A stretch of DNA of 64,000 nucleotides from a virus (lineage: Duplodnaviria; Caudoviricetes). Shown here in pieces: positions 12,170-23,143 of this stretch. The stretch lies in the IMG/VR virus record IMGVR_UViG_3300031555_001437; one strand, written 5' to 3'. Position 1 is the first letter of the stretch. Each line of letters opens with the position of its first letter. The translations under genes and the position numbers were made by a program. The notes beneath the pieces were generated by a model. It was given only the letters and a program-made list of their open reading frames with translations, had not been told where the DNA came from and ran no database searches.

Positions 12170-15100
12170 AATAATTTTGCAGTATCAAGTGACGGAATAG
12201 CTACAGCGTTGCAAGATTCTGCGAGCTCGTTGATGGCCGCAAACAACAGCTATGAAGAGGCGGTTGCGTTAATAGCAGCTGCAAACCGAGTCGTTCAGGA
12301 CCCAAATAGCGTAGGCAGCGCCCTGCGTACGATTTCATTACGTTTGCGCGGAACAAGTGTAAAAGAACTCGAAAGCGCAGGCGAAGACACGTCTGGTGTT
12401 ATCGAGTCTAAGAGTAAACTCAGAAGTAAAGTAAAATCACTCTCTGGAGTAGATATATTAACAGATACTGGCGCATATAAGAGCACCTATGAAATCTTAT
12501 TGGAAATCTCAAAAGTTTGGTCTGATATTTCTGACACTGACCAAGCCGCATTACTTGAGATTCTCGCTGGTAAAAACCGCGCTAATACTGCAGCGGCTAT
12601 ACTTGGTAACCAAAAAGACCTAGAAGAAGCATATGCTAGCGCATTAAAAGCAGAGGGTAGTGCATTAAAAGAAAACGAAAAATACCTCGACTCTATCCAG
12701 GGCCGACTTGACCAGTTTACTAACGCAGTACAAACAATGTGGAGCAATACCATTTCAAGCGAATTGATTAAAAATGTTGTTCAATTCGGTACTGGGGTGG
12801 TAAACATTGTAGAGGATATTGGATTAATCCAGACCGCCCTATTAGCTACATTTGCAATTATCATGAAAACTCAAAAACTTTCTATCAAAGAGTTTTTGGT
12901 AGATATTTGGAAATGGATAGTTAACCTAAATGATTCTTTATCAAGATTGCCAGATAAATTACAGAATGTTAAATCTGTTTTATCTGGGATTAAAGAGTCT
13001 GTGTCTGCGACTATCAAGTCTATGGCTGAATATGCTAAGGCATTGCGCAGCATAGACAGTGAGTCTCTAAACTCTGTTTTGGGCAAAGCTGGTCTCAGTG
13101 GCCCGACAAAAGAATTGTCGGCACAACAGAAACAGACAGCGATGTCAGTTCTTGGTGAAGCCGCTGCGAATAAAGAGCTTACAGGCCAGCAAGCTGTTGC
13201 ATTAGCTCAAAAATATAAGCTAATTAAAGCTGAAGATGGCCTAAATGTTGCATACGCATCTAATGTGATGCGCGTAGCTGGAGTAAATCGTGAAACTCGT
13301 AAGTCAATTATTTCCACTCTAGGATTGAGTACGTCTACAAAAAAACTAACAAAAGATGAAATTATTAACGCTGCGGCTAAGGCTGGCATTACAGACGCAG
13401 CCGAGCAAGAAACAATAGCCAATATTCTTTTAGCTAAGTCAAATATGACTCTTAAAGAGTCTATCGGTGGCTTATTAAAGACAATGGCTCCGATGCTTGC
13501 AATTGCTGGTGTTATTGCTGTAGTTACTTTGCTAAGAAAAGCAATCGATTGGGCCACCGAAACAATGGAAGAAGCGCAAGAGGCATTTGATGAAATGTCT
13601 GATGAGTTGTCTGATATTAAACAAGACTTACAAGACCTGGAATCTCAACTTGAAACTATAAATGACCAGATAGACGAATTACAAAATAAAGGAACGCTAT
13701 CGTTCACAGAAGAGGAAGAACTTAGTAGACTCAAAGAAGAGAGCGCGGAACTTGAGCGCCAGATATCTTTGAAAAATCAGCTATATTCTCAACAGCAAAA
13801 AAAGGTAAACAGTGAGGCTGTTGATATTGCTAACAAATATAAAAACGTCGGTGTGAAGTCTGGTAAAACTACTGGCGAGCGAGCTGCATCTTGGGGAAAA
13901 GGCGGGGCAGTTGCTGGTGCCATAGGTGGAGTCGCAGCGGCCGCTATTTTAGCTATCGCTGGAGCGGTAACTGGAGGTGTAGCGTGGGGCGTAGCTGCCG
14001 CTCTCGGAGTTGCTGGCGCTGTAAGCGGAGCTAGTTCTGGAGGTATGATTGGCGGAATACTTGGCGCTGCAGAAGAAAAAGTTGACGACTCTCTTGATAA
14101 TATGAGAGAAAGATACGCCGAGCTTGAGAAGGAATACTCTGAGGCACAAACAAAATATCGGGAAACTGGCAAAGATAAACACAAGGAAAAATATGATGAG
14201 GCTTCTGAGGCACTGTCTGAATATGAAGCCGAAATGGCTCAGTATCTGAGCGAAATGGACGCTTATTATAGCTCCATAGACCTTAGCGTTTATGATCCAG
14301 TAAAAGACGCAGAAGAAATTGCTCGTTTGCGCCAAGAAATGAATGATTTCTACGACACTCAGGATAAGTGGGCTATTCAAACTGGCGGAGCTGATGCAAA
14401 ATACAACGCTATAACTCGCATATTTGGTCAAAATGCAGATGAGACATTAAAAGATATTAAAGCGGACATTGAAGGCGTAATAAAATCAACAGAGTCAACT
14501 GGAAAAGATGTTGATATCAATCTTGAGGATATGTTCCCAGGTGATGAAGAGTTTAATAAATTTAAGCAAAGACTCTACGATATGGGCATTTATGTCTCAG
14601 ATGTTGAACGATACTTCAATGACTTAGCAGAGGCTAAAGACGACGCTTTGAACACTGACGATTATATTGGTGTTGCGAAAAACATATCGTCGATAACGGA
14701 TAAGCTAGAAAGCTTGAAGAGTGTCATTTCCGAGATAAGAGAAAACGGCATAGTCTCGTCAAAAACAATGGATGAGCTCAATGAATCTTTTGGTTCGATT
14801 GATGCAATATCCGACGAATGGAATAGATTTGTTGAAGTAATGATGCTTGGGTCTGCAAGTACAGCAGAAATGAAGGCTGCAGTTGAAGACCTTGTTGGAG
14901 CATGGTTGGACAATCAGGTTCTTAATGGGCCGATGACAGAATATGAAAAAGTGGCAATATCTTTACAGCTTGCTGCACTCGGTGTTAAGAATGCTTTCGA
15001 AGTTGTAAATGACGCCCAAAAAGAAGCTGGTCTTAATGCGGTGTCTGACGCAATTCAAGATAAGTTACAAAAGAAAGACGCAATCGAGGCCGTTGACGCA

Positions 15101-18100
15101 AAAGATAGAACAAAAGAACAAAAAGAACAACTGAAACAGCTAACCGAAGAATTAAAAAATGTTGACGTTGATTCTGATTGGATAGCTAGCATTGCAGAAC
15201 AGTATGGGTTGACAAATGATGAATTAAGAGACCATATTGATTTGCTAAAACGCAAAGCAGAATTGGAAAAGCAGCAAGCAGAAATAGATGCTTATAATAC
15301 CGCAAAAGAAAACAAAGAAACGCTAGAAAAACAATTAGAAGAAGAGAAGGACAAATATACCGTCAAAACCGACCGTAAGGGAAATACTAGGAGAACTAGA
15401 CATACCGAAACAACATATTTTGATTCGGAAGGCAATAAAGTATCGAAAGAAGAATATGAAGCTCATAAAGCAAAAATCGATGAACTGCAAGATAAGATAG
15501 ACAAAGAAGAGAAAATTATCGTTGATTTGAAGCCGTCTGCAAATGAGAATGAAATTAGCGAAGAACTTGAAGATATTAACAAACAAATCGAATCTGGAAT
15601 TACGGATAGTGTTGAAATAAAGTTAGATTTTGAAGATTTTGATGCTGATATAGATTCAATACAAAATGCTTATTCTACATTAACTGATGCTGTAAAAGAA
15701 TATAATAAAAACGGCTACCTGACGCTTGATAATTTGCAGTCTTTGTTATCGTTGAGCCCAGAGTATTTGGCATGTCTCCAAATGGAAAACGGACAGCTTA
15801 GTATTAATAGACAAGCTCTCGAGGCGATGATACAGGCTAAACTAGCAGATGCCAAGGCTACCGTTGTTCAAAAAGCAATAACGCAACTAAATGAACTAGC
15901 AACAAGAAAAGAAACTGATGCCATTAATAATAGTAGTGTAGCAGCGTCAAACGCAGTTGGTGGCTTGGGGACATATGCGGCGGCTCTTAGCAATGTATCG
16001 AAAGATGCGATTACTGCGGCTGGCTCTGTTGCCGCATTTAATGCCGCGGTTGCTGGCGCGCAAGCAAATGAATTGGTTGACCAGGCTGAAATTGATGCTA
16101 TATTAAGTAGCATGGATGCTCAGCTTCAGATGATAGACGATGTTAGCCTAAATCTCAACACTAATTTTAAATCAATTGTTTCGCCAAACGGCGGCGGAAG
16201 CGGCAGTGACAAAACAGATGAAGCAAATGAAGCTCTCGACAATCTCACTAAAAAATACGAACGCAAAGTTAATAACCTTGAGAACCAACAAGAATATCTC
16301 CAAAATAAAATCGATACGCTCGAGGCTCAAAAAGAATACGATCCGCAGAATGCTAAAGGTATATCTACCGATTATTACGAAGAGCAAATACGTCTGGAAA
16401 ACGAAAAATTGAAGCTATATCGTGCAGAGTATGCCGAACTTTCTAAACTCGAAAAAACAGATGAAGTAGCTGAACGTATGTGGGAACTCGAACATGCCAT
16501 TCAAGAGTCTGCACAACGTACTCTCGAATTCAGACAGAGTATCGCAGAACTCTATAACACAGCGTTCGAAGACATTCAAACCGCTGGGGACAACAAGGAT
16601 GATTATCTCCAAGACCAAAAGGATTACATCGAGGCATACATTGAGGCTCAAGGTAGAGACACGACAAAAGCTGACCTTGAGCAATTGCGCACTATCACAG
16701 AGCAACAAAGAAAAGATCGCGAGGAAACACTTGAAGACCTAAAGGCAACACTGAAACAAGGTGTTGACTCTGGTGCAATCAAAGAGGGTTCTGACATCTG
16801 GATTCAGATGAACGACGAAATCCGTGCAACAGAACTCGCAATTCAAGACGACACCAAAGCTATCAATGAATATAGCGAGGCTATCAAGAGCATTCCAGTT
16901 GAAGTGTTTGACCGCATGCGCGAGGCGTTTGGGTTCAGAGACCAGGTATATAACAATCAAATTGATTATATCGAAGGTTGGATGGAGCTTGCAGAAAAGC
17001 AGGGGTACGACGTTCCTAATGAAGCTCTTGACAAGATTCTTGCTATCTATGGCAATGCAAAAGAAAATAATCTAGCAGACATTTACAGCGCCATGGAAGA
17101 CCTGCCTAAGATAGAGGCTGAATTCGGAGTTAACAGCGAAGAGTATCAAAACGCATACCTGAAATTGTCAGATTTAATCAAGCAGGGTCTTGATATCGAT
17201 AACGCAATTGCAGATACGCAGCAACGCCAAAAAGAACAACCGATTAATGAGTTTGAAGATACTAAAGACTGGTTCGCGTTTGAAGACAGTTTGATTGAGA
17301 AGCGAAAAGAATCTATTGAGAACTACATCTCGAAGTTAGAAGAAAGCGGAGATTTCGACGGTCTTGAGACAAAGTATGGTGAGTTGATTCAGGCAGAGCA
17401 AGACGATATTGATATGAACATGCAGGAGCTCACAGCGACAGAGGCGGCAATCAAAGCGGCTATTGACGCTGGATATACTATGGAGGATGAAGAGCTCCAG
17501 AATTTAATATTGCACTATGGCGACGTTGAAAGCGAAATTGCAGCCAGCAGAGACCGACAGGCTGAGCTTAACAAAGAGATTGACTCTATTCCAGTTAAGA
17601 AGCTCGAGGAGTTGAAAAACGGATATGCGTTTATCAATGATGTTCTTGGTTCTTATCGTGATGTCACTAAGGGCTGGATAGACTTGTTTAAAAACGTTGG
17701 AAGCGCTATTCCAGATGAGCTATATAATGAATTGTTCGAAATCAACGAGCTCATGCAGGGGCACAATACCAATAACCTCGCAGATTCACTTGCTGCGTTT
17801 GAAGACATTAAAGCTAAGTACGCTCCTAACACAAAAGAATACCAAGATGCGGTTAATCATATTGCCTCTCTGTATATGGAAGAAGTTAATCTTGCAACAG
17901 AGGCGCAGTCTTACAATCAAGAAATGGCAGAAGCAAACGAAGAGGCGGGTAACATTCCAGTTGAGAATTTCGAAAGAATGCGAGATGCCTTTGCGTTTAT
18001 TGCAGATGTATTAGCAAGCACTCAGGGCTATATCGAAAGCTATATTAGTCTCTTTGAAGAACTTGGCGTTGATGTCCCAATGGAATTATATGACAAGCTA

Positions 18101-20584
18101 ATTGACCTCGAGAAGCAAAAGAAGAGCAATGCAGAGTCTGATTTGGCTAGTGCACTGACTGGTTTTGAGGAAATTAAGGCCGCTGGTTATACTGCTGCGG
18201 ACGAAGAATACCGCAGCGCAGAGCAAGCAATTCTTGACCTAAAGCAATCTATCCTTGATAGTGATATCGCCATGGTTAAATGGGGTAAAACTATCCGCGA
18301 TCTTGAGTTTGAAAAATTCGAGCGTGGTGTTTCTCGTGCGAATGATGCAATCGATGAGGTGCAAAAGATATACGACCTGACATCAAAAGATGACGTTGCA
18401 GACGAAGACGGTTCTTGGACCAAAGATGGTATCACGTCTCTTGGCCTTATGTATGAGCAGATGGAACTTGCCCAGCAAATAGCTGCTAAATATGCCGACG
18501 AAATCAAAGAGCTTGACGAGGCATACGCAAACGGCGAGATGTCTGAAAAAGAATATTATGAGCGTCTGCAGCAGCTAAAAGACGGGCAGTGGGGCGCTAT
18601 CGATTCTTATGAGGCCGCAAGAGAGGCCATAGTCGATATGGAAGAAGCCCGAATCGATATGGTCGAAGAGGGAATTAACAAAGAAATCGAAGCATATCGT
18701 GAACTCATTGAGACCAAAAAAGAAGAGCTAGACGCAGAACGTGATCTGCATGGTTTTAGAAATAAGATTAAGGATCAAACAAAAGATATTACATCCTTAA
18801 CCCGCAAAATAGCGGCTTTGTCTGGTAGCGACAATGCTGCTGATATCGCGGAACGTCGCAAATTGCAAGCTCAGCTGGCAGAAGCACAAGAACAACTAGA
18901 TGAAACCTACTACGACCACTCGAAAGATCAGCAAGGCAAAGCTCTCGATGATGAACTTGAGTCCTTCCAAGACATAAAAGAAAATTACGTTGAAACTCTT
19001 AGGGAGTCTCTTGATGATACTGCTGCTATCATCAGTGCGAAGATTAACGAATTGCTTGTCAACGCAGACACTGTACAGCAGGGTATCAACAACACGGCTG
19101 CCGAATACGGCATTACGTTGACTGATTTGTTAACAAATCCTTGGAATTCTGGTTCTAACAGTGCGGACGATTTTGCGGCACAAGTTGGGCTCGACTTGGC
19201 ATCTTTGCTTGGCGAAAGTGGTGCGATTACTCTGTTCGAAAATCAAGCAACTACTGCCATTCAAGGTGCATTTGGTGCGGCAAGACAGTCGTCTACCGAC
19301 TTCTCAGGTGGTGTAAGCATTGATGTTAATTCGTTGATGGCTGAGCCAGATGGTCCACTATATAAACTAAAACAGTTCTTAACAGACAATGTTCCTAATG
19401 CGTTCGATGCTGCTGGAGATGCTTCTGACGAGACTAAAAATGATATCGGAGAAGACGCAGATGAATCTGAGACGTCGGTTACAGATTTTGAAAAATTATT
19501 AAATCAGGTTCTTGACAGAATTGCAGAGAAGCTTGGCACAGACAAAGAAACTGTGCTCAGTGACCTAAAATACCCGTGGGAAAATGCTGGCGCTGTCTTA
19601 GATATGTTGTTTGGCGATAAAATCACTGGCGAAAATGGTTTGTTGAAAAAGATTCTTACAGAGACTCAGACCTGGGCCGACAACATGAAAAACGGTCTTG
19701 GCTCCGCTTTTGATATTCCACAGAGCACTCTCAATACCTTTAGCACAAAGGTTGGAGAGATTTTAGATAAACTGCAGAGCAAAGCAGAAGAGTTGGCGAA
19801 AGAACTCCAAAATGCTGCAAACACCGAAACTCCAAGCCACACTGGTAATGGAAGCGGCAATTCTGACGAAGACGATTTTGGAAGTGTAGACGGAAGTCAG
19901 ACAAAGCAGCCAAGCTCAGCAGTTAAAGCTATCCAGAAATATCTCAATCAATACTTTGGTGAAAATCTAACAGTTGATGGTCTGTGGGGAGCAAATACTA
20001 CACTAGCGGTTAAGCGCGCGCAAGCTAAAGCTGGTACTGCCTCAAATGGTAAATGGGACGCAAAAACTGTTAAGGCAATAGCAAACTATTGGACAGAAAA
20101 GTTACATGAAACAAGATACAACAATAATGGGTCTAGTATGATTGGCCAGGCATTAAGAGTTTATCAAAACGCTGCGACTTCTATTCCTGTTGCGTATCAC
20201 GCTAAAGGTACTCTCGGCACTAAAAAAGACGAATTCGCGATCACAGACGAAAGTTGGATAGGTGAAGAGATTACTCTTGCCGCTGGAAAGAACGGTCAAA
20301 TCCAGTACCTCAAGAAAGGCTCCTCCGTGATGCCTTCGGATATCAGTACAAACCTAATTGAGTGGGGTAAGCTCAATCCAGAGATGATGAATCTCAACGG
20401 CGGAGTAAACTTCAATATGATTAACAATGCTACAACTAAGCCAGAATTCAACCTAACGTTTGATAGTTTGGTTCACGTAGATAAGTGTTCTCAGGATACT
20501 TTAAAAGATCTTGAAAAGATGGTGGATGTCAGAATCAATAACCTAATGAAACAGGTTAATTATGCAATAAATAGATTCAAATAA
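12170..20584 (+). CDS. Tail tape measure protein, exon 2 (2804 aa), with C-terminal peptidoglycan-binding domain
   Basis: Continues the TMP core (NNFAVSSDGIATALQ...VGSALRTISLRLRG); hydrophobic Gly/Ala segments; coiled coils; VKAIQKYLN...LTVDGLWGANTTLAVKRAQ PG-binding motif. Confidence 0.9.
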   Translation, partial: NNFAVSSDGIATALQDSASSLMAANNSYEEAVALIAAANRVVQDPNSVGSALRTISLRLRGTSVKELESAGEDTSGVIESKSKLRSKVKSLSGVDILTDTGAYKSTYEILLEISKVWSDISDTDQAALLEILAGKNRANTAAAILGNQKDLEEAYASALKAEGSALKENEKYLDSIQGRLDQFTNAVQTMWSNTISSELIKNVVQFGTGVVNIVEDIGLIQTALLATFAIIMKTQKLSIKEFLVDIWKWIVNLNDSLSRLPDKLQNVKSVLSGIKESVSATIKSMAEYAKALRSIDSESLNSVLGKAGLSGPTKELSAQQKQTAMSVLGEAAANKELTGQQAVALAQKYKLIKAEDGLNVAYASNVMRVAGVNRETRKSIISTLGLSTSTKKLTKDEIINAAAKAGITDAAEQETIANILLAKSNMTLKESIGGLLKTMAPMLAIAGVIAVVTLLRKAIDWATETMEEAQEAFDEMSDELSDIKQDLQDLESQLETINDQIDELQNKGTLSFTEEEELSRLKEESAELERQISLKNQLYSQQQKKVNSEAVDIANKYKNVGVKSGKTTGERAASWGKGGAVAGAIGGVAAAAILAIAGAVTGGVAWGVAAALGVAGAVSGASSGGMIGGILGAAEEKVDDSLDNMRERYAELEKEYSEAQTKYRETGKDKHKEKYDEASEALSEYEAEMAQYLSEMDAYYSSIDLSVYDPVKDAEEIARLRQEMNDFYDTQDKWAIQTGGADAKYNAITRIFGQNADETLKDIKADIEGVIKSTESTGKDVDINLEDMFPGDEEFNKFKQRLYDMGIYVSDVERYFNDLAEAKDDALNTDDYIGVAKNISSITDKLESLKSVISEIRENGIVSSKTMDELNESFGSIDAISDEWNRFVEVMMLGSASTAEMKAAVEDLVGAWLDNQVLNGPMTEYEKVAISLQLAALGVKNAFEVVNDAQKEAGLNAVSDAIQDKLQKKDAIEAVDAKDRTKEQKEQLKQLTEELKNVDVDSDWIASIAEQYGLTNDELRDHIDLLKRKAELEKQQAEIDAYNTAKENKETLEKQLEEEKDKYTVKTDRKGNTRRTRHTETTYFDSEGNKVSKEEYEAHKAKIDELQDKIDKEEKIIVDLKPSANENEISEELEDINKQIESGITDSVEIKLDFEDFDADIDSIQNAYSTLTDAVKEYNKNGYLTLDNLQSLLSLSPEYLACLQMENGQLSINRQALEAMIQAKLADAKATVVQKAITQLNELATRKETDAINNSSVAASNAVGGLGTYAAALSNVSKDAITAAGSVAAFNAAVAGAQANELVDQAEIDAILSSMDAQLQMIDDVSLNLNTNFKSIVSPNGGGSGSDKTDEANEALDNLTKKYERKVNNLENQQEYLQNKIDTLEAQKEYDPQNAKGISTDYYEEQIRLENEKLKLYRAEYAELSKLEKTDEVAERMWELEHAIQESAQRTLEFRQSIAELYNTAFEDIQTAGDNKDDYLQDQKDYIEAYIEAQGRDTTKADLEQLRTITEQQRKDREETLEDLKATLKQGVDSGAIKEGSDIWIQMNDEIRATELAIQDDTKAINEYSEAIKSIPVEVFDRMREAFGFRDQVYNNQIDYIEGWMELAEKQGYDVPNEALDKILAIYGNAKENNLADIYSAMEDLPKIEAEFGVNSEEYQNAYLKLSDLIKQGLDIDNAIADTQQRQKEQPINEFEDTKDWFAFEDSLIEKRKESIENYISKLEESGDFDGLETKYGELIQAEQDDIDMNMQELTATEAAIKAAIDAGYTMEDEELQNLILHYGDVESEIAASRDRQAELNKEIDSIPVKKLEELKNGYAFINDVLGSYRDVTKGWIDLFKNVGSAIPDELYNELFEINELMQGHNTNNLADSLAAFEDIKAKYAPNTKEYQDAVNHIASLYMEEVNLATEAQSYNQEMAEANEEAGNIPVENFERMRDAFAFIADVLASTQGYIESYISLFEELGVDVPMELYDKLIDLEKQKKSNAESDLASALTGFEEIKAAGYTAADEEYRSAEQAILDLKQSILDSDIAMVKWGKTIRDLEFEKFERGVSRANDAIDEVQKIYDLTSKDDVADEDGSWTKDGITSLGLMYEQMELAQQIAAKYADEIKELDEAYANGEMSEKEYYERLQQLKDGQWGAIDSYEAAREAIVDMEEARIDMVEEGINKEIEAYRELIETKKEELDAERDLHGFRNKIKDQTKDITSLTRKIAALSGSDNAADIAERRKLQAQLAEAQEQLDETYYDHSKDQQGKALDDELESFQDIKENYVETLRESLDDTAAIISAKINELLVNADTVQQGINNTAAEYGITLTDLLTNPWNSGSNSADDFAAQVGLDLASLLGESGAITLFENQATTAIQGAFGAARQSSTDFSGGVSIDVNSLMAEPDGPLYKLKQFLTDNVPNAFDAAGDASDETKNDIGEDADESETSVTDFEKLLNQVLDRIAEKLGTDKETVLSDLKYPWENAGAVLDMLFGDKITGENGLLKKILTETQTWADNMKNGLGSAFDIPQSTLNTFSTKVGEILDKLQSKAEELAKELQNAANTETPSHTGNGSGNSDEDDFGSVDGSQTKQPSSAVKAIQKYLNQYFGENLTVDGLWGANTTLAVKRAQAKAGTASNGKWDAKTVKAIANYWTEKLHETRYNNNGSSMIGQALRVYQNAATSIPVAYHAKGTLGTKKDEFAITDESWIGEEITLAAGKNGQIQYLKKGSSVMPSDISTNLIEWGKLNPEMMNLNGGVNFNMINNATTKPEFNLTFDSLVHVDKCSQDTLKDLEKMVDVRINNLMKQVNYAINRFK

Positions 20585-20598
20585 GATTAAAGCAATTT

Positions 20599-20622
20599 GG
20601 AGGAGAGCAATCTCCTCCTTTT
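20599..20622 (+). terminator. Rho-independent terminator after TMP
   Basis: GGAGGAGA-GCAA-TCTCCTCC followed by TTTT. Confidence 0.75.
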
Positions 20623-20645
20623 GCTATATAAAAAGGAGAAAATAT

Positions 20646-20837
20646 ATGATTTCAAATGAAGATGTGTATAGATGTTATAGCGTCAATTTGATGCAACTGT
20701 TGTCTAAAAATAATGTGAGATATTTTTTGATAGCACGCGATATAAAATCAAACCGCACATTTTGGGCATATGAAAAAACAAACGAATTTAACATGATATT
20801 AGATCAATGGATTAAGAATAATCCAAAACACATATGA
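20646..20837 (+). CDS. Small hypothetical protein (DUF5659-like)
   Basis: AAGGAG RBS; YRCYSVNLMQLL...TFWAYEKT pattern. Confidence 0.6.
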   Translation: MISNEDVYRCYSVNLMQLLSKNNVRYFLIARDIKSNRTFWAYEKTNEFNMILDQWIKNNPKHI

Positions 20838-20864
20838 ATAGTTTGCTTGGGAGGTATATATTAT

Positions 20865-22166
20865 ATGAGGAAACAGCTAGGTTTTTTACATGAAACAGAT
20901 GCGAGTCTGATGGAGTATATGGTTGACTTAAATGACGCCTATAAGTACAAAAGATATGCTAAAGAATATATTTGGGTGCGCTGCCCAGCGTGCGGTAGGC
21001 TGTCATATAGAGCAGTGTATGACTTTGTGCAACGACCAACGTATTGCAAGTTCTGTTGTGATGGTATGTCATATCCTAATAAATTTATGTTAAATTTCTT
21101 GCTGCAACTTGGACTGAATGTTGAACCAGAAAAGATTTTTGATTGGTCTGAAAAGAAGAGATATGATGATTACATAGAAAGCCACAATTTAATTATAGAA
21201 AATCACGGTATACAGCATTACGAAAATATTAATAAAAAAATTTACCTTCCGTTGGAGAAACAAATGGAGATAGATGCGTATAAAAAACAATTGGCGCTTA
21301 ACCACGATATAGAACACTACGTCGAAATAGATTGCAGACATTCAGAAATGGAGTGGATTCGTCAATCTATTATGACATCTAAATTGCCTACAATTCTGTC
21401 TTTTCAAGAACAAGATATAGATTGGAACGAATGTGATTGTCGGTCGAAAAAAAGTGTGCTTATCGAGGCTTGCAATCTGTGGAATGATGGAATACACAAC
21501 ACTATGGAAATAGCAAGCGAATTGCACATTTCAAGATCAACTGTAAGTAAGTATTTAAAAAGTGGCGCAAAATTAGGTTTGTGTGAATATGACCCGTATG
21601 TAGAAATGCAAAAAGTATGGGATCTTGGTAGGACTGAGGAAGTGCAAAAGAAGAAGTGTAAACCAGTCGCCGTATATAATACGATTGGAATTGTCGCCGT
21701 ATTTGAGAGCGCAGTGCAATTGTCAAACGAATCAAAGCGATTATTTGGCGTATATATTAGCCGACCAATGACCACAAGCGTTTGTAACGGCAATAGCAAA
21801 ACACACGTTGGATTACGTTTAGAATTTATCACAAAAGAAGAATACGCCATGTATTATAATGTTTTTGGCGGCAATGTTAATTTAGAAAACTTTAACCCGA
21901 ATATTAGATATTCCTCTAGAGAAAAACCTATCGCGGCGTTTTACCAAGAAGTTCTTGTTGATACGTTTGGCGGAAGGATGGAGGCTGCGCTCGTTTTAAC
22001 AGAAAGGTTTGGTGTGACATTTTCTCCTAACGGCATAGTTCATGTATGTCTTGGTCAACAAAAACAGCACAATGGTTTTATTTTTAAACACATTACCAGA
22101 GAAGAATACGAACGCAACAAAATGAATAATACTGAAATAATTTTAAAGGAGGTTTTGGCTGTATGA
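20865..22166 (+). CDS. Free-standing homing endonuclease (Zn ribbon + Vsr/DUF559-like nuclease + HTH + NUMOD1-like repeats)
   Basis: GGAGGT RBS; CPACG...CKFC; SYPNKFM...RYDDY...IIENHGIQHY; two C-terminal KP(V/I)AxY...VC.G..K.H.G repeats. Confidence 0.75.
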   Translation: MRKQLGFLHETDASLMEYMVDLNDAYKYKRYAKEYIWVRCPACGRLSYRAVYDFVQRPTYCKFCCDGMSYPNKFMLNFLLQLGLNVEPEKIFDWSEKKRYDDYIESHNLIIENHGIQHYENINKKIYLPLEKQMEIDAYKKQLALNHDIEHYVEIDCRHSEMEWIRQSIMTSKLPTILSFQEQDIDWNECDCRSKKSVLIEACNLWNDGIHNTMEIASELHISRSTVSKYLKSGAKLGLCEYDPYVEMQKVWDLGRTEEVQKKKCKPVAVYNTIGIVAVFESAVQLSNESKRLFGVYISRPMTTSVCNGNSKTHVGLRLEFITKEEYAMYYNVFGGNVNLENFNPNIRYSSREKPIAAFYQEVLVDTFGGRMEAALVLTERFGVTFSPNGIVHVCLGQQKQHNGFIFKHITREEYERNKMNNTEIILKEVLAV

Positions 22167-23131
22167 TTAGTCCGCAAAGAATCAAGTGGATGGGGATATC
22201 ATCATTAGAAATGGATGTGCATACACACCTAAGTTTTGAAGGGGATAGCGGAGACGTTGAAACCGCACTTGGTAGAGAAGCCGTCATATCTGAAACATAT
22301 AACAATACATTTAAAAGACCTCATGGGTATAGTTGGAACAACGACTTTACTTCGACCGTGACCTTTATTAAGAATGATTTCTCTGACATCACACCTGAAG
22401 AGAATAGAAAAATCCTTACGTGGCTGACAAGGAGTAAAAACGCCTCCTTTTTGGATGTTTATCACGACGACTCCGAAGTAATCTCCTATTCCATATTAGG
22501 TAACTGGACGTCGATCTCGCAGTATAAAATGGGTAATGGCCGCGTAGTGGGTATAATTGCTACGTTCGACTCGGCGTTTCCGTGGGCCCTGTCTCCGTTG
22601 CGTACAGTCATAAAAGAAATTGGTGAAACAGAAATCGTCCTTGACGACTATAACGCAGTCCACACAGACTGTCCAGAAGATGCAATTTACCCTCGCATCA
22701 CTATCGAACAGAATGAAATTACATCTGTTGTCGAGATAGACCACTCGATGACCGAAGAGGACGAGTGGGTTGATGGAACTGTATATCACCACGGCGGCAC
22801 TTATTACTGGCGCGATGCTAAAGGCGTTAAGCAAACGTCTGTAACAAAACCAACGGGCATTGAGACTACTAGTGTGACAATAACCAATGTTTACGACGAC
22901 GAGAGTAAATCTATAAGCACCACTGTAAAAAACAATATCAAAGGTGAGACAGTTGTTCTCGACGGTGCAAATCGAATAGTGTCCAGCGATAGAATGTCTG
23001 GCCGCATTTTTGGCGACGACTTTGATTGGGATTGGCTGCCGCTGTTTAACGGCTCTAATAAGATTTATGTCATTGGTAATTGCAAACTAACCTTGGAATG
23101 GCGAGAGCCAATTAAGTGCGGCTCTCTGTAA
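22163..23131 (+). CDS. Distal tail protein (Dit-like)
   Basis: First structural gene after TMP; ENRKILTWL, FDWDWLPLFNGSNKI...LEWREP are typical of Dit. Confidence 0.75.
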   Translation: MISPQRIKWMGISSLEMDVHTHLSFEGDSGDVETALGREAVISETYNNTFKRPHGYSWNNDFTSTVTFIKNDFSDITPEENRKILTWLTRSKNASFLDVYHDDSEVISYSILGNWTSISQYKMGNGRVVGIIATFDSAFPWALSPLRTVIKEIGETEIVLDDYNAVHTDCPEDAIYPRITIEQNEITSVVEIDHSMTEEDEWVDGTVYHHGGTYYWRDAKGVKQTSVTKPTGIETTSVTITNVYDDESKSISTTVKNNIKGETVVLDGANRIVSSDRMSGRIFGDDFDWDWLPLFNGSNKIYVIGNCKLTLEWREPIKCGSL

Positions 23132-23143
23132 GGTGGTGTAATT

